Source: an uncultured Alphaproteobacteria bacterium (GTDB lineage Bacteria > Pseudomonadota > Alphaproteobacteria > RF32 > CAG-239). Taken from it: a stretch of DNA of 64,000 nucleotides. The translations under genes and the position numbers were made by a program. Of the stretch, positions 61,937 to 64,000 are shown one piece after another (the first letter of the stretch is position 1; each line of letters begins with the position of its first letter). The notes under the pieces were generated by a model. The model was not told the DNA's origin. It worked only from the letters and a program-made list of their open reading frames with translations, and ran no database searches. Where the stretch lies: positions 9,609 to 73,608 of the forward strand of contig CALYBB010000001.1 of NCBI GenBank assembly GCA_944393715.1, in the 5' to 3' direction.

Positions 61937-62509
61937 TTACTTAACCTTTGCAACAACCTGCGCAATTTGCCGACTCATCTCGGCAATCATCTCGCTTTCG
62001 GCCTCAACATAAGCATCAAAACCACCGTCAATTTTACGCTTTAATGCCGTTTTCTGTTGCACAATCCTTCGCCCGTCGTCATCATAAACCGACCACCACG
62101 CCTCCAAAACAGCCCCATCATCACCAATCATATCCAACCGCACGATTTCAATATCAACCAGATACCTAAACCTCTCATCAAGCGCCGTCTTGGATTTAAC
62201 CGTAGCTTTGGGCAAATACGCGGCAATATCCGTCGTCACCGTTCGTTGCACCATGGTTGCCAAAGCCTCGCCCCAGCGATTAGTTTCATCAATCTTCATT
62301 TGCGGCGATCCTTGCTCAAAAACAATAATCTGCGGCCGATCCAGATAATCCGGCAGTTCAACGGAATCAACGCCGATATTAAGTTTTTTTGAACTGACAG
62401 GCTCGACCGCATCAACAACCTGCAAATAATAAAACCGGTTAGCCGGACTATAACCGCCTAAGCACCCGCCTAACAAAAACACCATCAAAATCGCGCCGAA
62501 TTTTCTCAT
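61937..62509 (-). CDS. ABC-transport auxiliary lipoprotein (DUF330 / PqiC-like)
   Basis: Lipobox LLGGC after an N-terminal signal sequence. 190 aa. Located immediately downstream of an MCE-domain gene, as is typical for this family. Confidence 0.65.
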   Translation of the reverse strand: MRKFGAILMVFLLGGCLGGYSPANRFYYLQVVDAVEPVSSKKLNIGVDSVELPDYLDRPQIIVFEQGSPQMKIDETNRWGEALATMVQRTVTTDIAAYLPKATVKSKTALDERFRYLVDIEIVRLDMIGDDGAVLEAWWSVYDDDGRRIVQQKTALKRKIDGGFDAYVEAESEMIAEMSRQIAQVVAKVK

Positions 62510-62513
62510 TTTT

Positions 62514-63269
62514 CTACCTCTTTCCCTTAATTAACGCCTCCGGATGCCTTTCCAGATAATCCGTCAGATTTTGCATTGACTTGGCCGCACGGCTGACATT
62601 AACGGCGGCATCATTAAAGTTGTTCAACACCTCGGTTGAGGTTCCGCGATTGCGGGTTACCACTTTTTCGACATCCTCAATAATTTTATTAATATCCGGC
62701 ATACTTTGATTCAACCCCTTAAAGAAATCGTTGAAGTTTTTAACACCTTCGGCCAACGGCATTTTTTGCAACCCGCGCGATAATTCGCCCAAAGTTGACA
62801 ACGCCGTCGGAATTTCAGGAATTGAAACATTTTCATGATATTTGACCGGCGTGTCCGGCAGCATCTCAAACTCAATCATTAGCTGTCCGGTCACATAGCT
62901 TTGCGACGCCAGCCGCGCCCTTAAGCCCTTTTCGACCAGGGCTCCCAAAACCTCGCGCCCGTCATTATAGTGCATCGTGCTGCTGATGCCCTTGGAGTTC
63001 ATCCGCGCATAAACCGGAATACTAAAATCCAACGTTTCGGTATCAATCACAATGTCAATCTTGCTGACCTCACCGATTTTAACCCCTTTGAGCACCACCG
63101 GTGAGCCAACATTCAACCCGTTAATTGATTCCTCAAAAAACATCACTACTTCATTGCCGCGCGAGCCAAACAGCTTGTTTTGCAACAAAAAGCCAATAAT
63201 TACCAAAAACACGGCCAGACCGATAACCAAAAACAAGCCGATTAATCTACGGTTAGGTTGTTTTGCCAT
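62514..63269 (-). CDS. MCE/MlaD-family substrate-binding protein
   Basis: Single N-terminal TM helix plus an MCE domain (FFEESINGLNVGSPVVLKGVKIGEVSKIDI). TAATG overlap with the upstream ATPase stop. Confidence 0.85.
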   Translation of the reverse strand: MAKQPNRRLIGLFLVIGLAVFLVIIGFLLQNKLFGSRGNEVVMFFEESINGLNVGSPVVLKGVKIGEVSKIDIVIDTETLDFSIPVYARMNSKGISSTMHYNDGREVLGALVEKGLRARLASQSYVTGQLMIEFEMLPDTPVKYHENVSIPEIPTALSTLGELSRGLQKMPLAEGVKNFNDFFKGLNQSMPDINKIIEDVEKVVTRNRGTSTEVLNNFNDAAVNVSRAAKSMQNLTDYLERHPEALIKGKR

Positions 63270-64000
63270 TATTCTCTACCTCCGGTTAAAAAACTCAACA
63301 CATTGCGGTTCGGCGGATTATTAAGCAACTCGTGTGGGTTACCATAAGCCGAGACGCTTTTGGTCTCGCTGTCAAGATAAATTGCGTTTTTGCCGATGGC
63401 AAAAATCGAACTCAACTCATGAGTAATCACCACAATGGTTGTGCCCAAGCTTTGGTTGATTTCCAAAATCAGGTCGTCCAATAATTTTGCACTCACCGGA
63501 TCCAATCCGGCCGACGGCTCATCAAAATACAAAATATCCGGATCCAGAGCCATCGCCCGCGCCAAACCGGCACGCTTTTTCATCCCGCCGGAAATCTCCG
63601 CCGGATAAAAATCTTCATAACCCTTAAGCCCGACCAACGCCAATTTAAGCGCAACCAGATCTTTAATCATCGCCGCCGAATAATCGGTATATTGTTGCAG
63701 CGGCAAAGCAATATTTTCTGCCAACGTCATTGAACTGAACAACGCCCCGCTTTGGTACAAAATACCGCCATTGCGCATAATTTTCTTTTGTTCCGCCGTA
63801 TCGGCCGCATAAAAATCAACCCCGTCAATCAGCACCTTACCGGCGGCCGGCTCCTTTAATCCGGTCAAAACTTTCAACAAGCTGCTTTTGCCGCAGCCGG
63901 AACCACCCATGATGATAAAAATATCACCTTTTTTAACCTCAAAATTCACGCGGCGCAGCACCACATTATCGCCGTACGCCACCGTCAGATTCTCGCCTTT
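63269..64000 (-). CDS. ABC transporter ATP-binding protein (MlaF-like), 5' end outside window
   Basis: Walker A GGSGCGKSS, signature ISGGMKKR and Walker B ILYFDEPSAGLD. The frame stays open to the window edge (...KGENLTVAYGDNVV), so the M in the ORF track is an internal GTG. Confidence 0.9.
   Translation of the reverse strand, partial: KGENLTVAYGDNVVLRRVNFEVKKGDIFIIMGGSGCGKSSLLKVLTGLKEPAAGKVLIDGVDFYAADTAEQKKIMRNGGILYQSGALFSSMTLAENIALPLQQYTDYSAAMIKDLVALKLALVGLKGYEDFYPAEISGGMKKRAGLARAMALDPDILYFDEPSAGLDPVSAKLLDDLILEINQSLGTTIVVITHELSSIFAIGKNAIYLDSETKSVSAYGNPHELLNNPPNRNVLSFLTGGRE

Overview
This 64-kb chromosomal window is almost entirely protein-coding, with 62 CDS called, and consists mostly of core housekeeping genes. 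By inference it comes from an alphaproteobacterium: it has AddAB rather than RecBCD, a GapR/DUF2312 protein and a three-piece PntAA/PntAB/PntB. Many broken classical operons suggest a host-associated or rearranged lineage. In order, the content is: the S10/spc ribosomal operon (rpsJ to rplN, minus strand), ftsH, a DsbA-like oxidoreductase, DUF47+Pit, rlmH, an orphan ORF, rsfS-obg and rplU-rpmA. Next come a secreted SNase-like nuclease, an orphan lipoprotein, and an OmpR/EnvZ-type pair followed by a very acidic protein. These are followed by pgsA, uvrC, a small membrane ORF, rpoB-rpoC preceded by a relocated rplQ, galU and a 1397-aa AsmA-like protein. A complete (deoxy)nucleoside catabolic set is split into two operons, cdd-punA-deoC-deoA and pyk-deoB-pgeF-djlA-ampD. 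The rest is tolB, ruvX, gapR, grpE, an oversized GT5 glycogen-synthase-like gene, rph-rdgB-addB-addA, trxA, a split chromate-transporter pair, pntAA-AB-B and the distal part of an MCE/Mla-type ABC system. I recognised no rRNA, tRNA, CRISPR array, transposase, integrase or phage genes. I do not see a convincing self-contained novel multi-gene system. The best leads are: (1) the acidic third gene of the two-component operon, (2) the AsmA-like protein with a 335-aa coiled-coil tail, (3) the orphan 676-aa GT5 synthase, (4) the nucleoside-to-pyruvate gene set with pgeF embedded in it, (5) Lys-rich C-terminal tails on PgsA and L17, and (6) the unusual rplQ-rpoB junction and the 434-bp region upstream of rplQ. 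All similarity calls come from reading the translations by eye; no database search was run.
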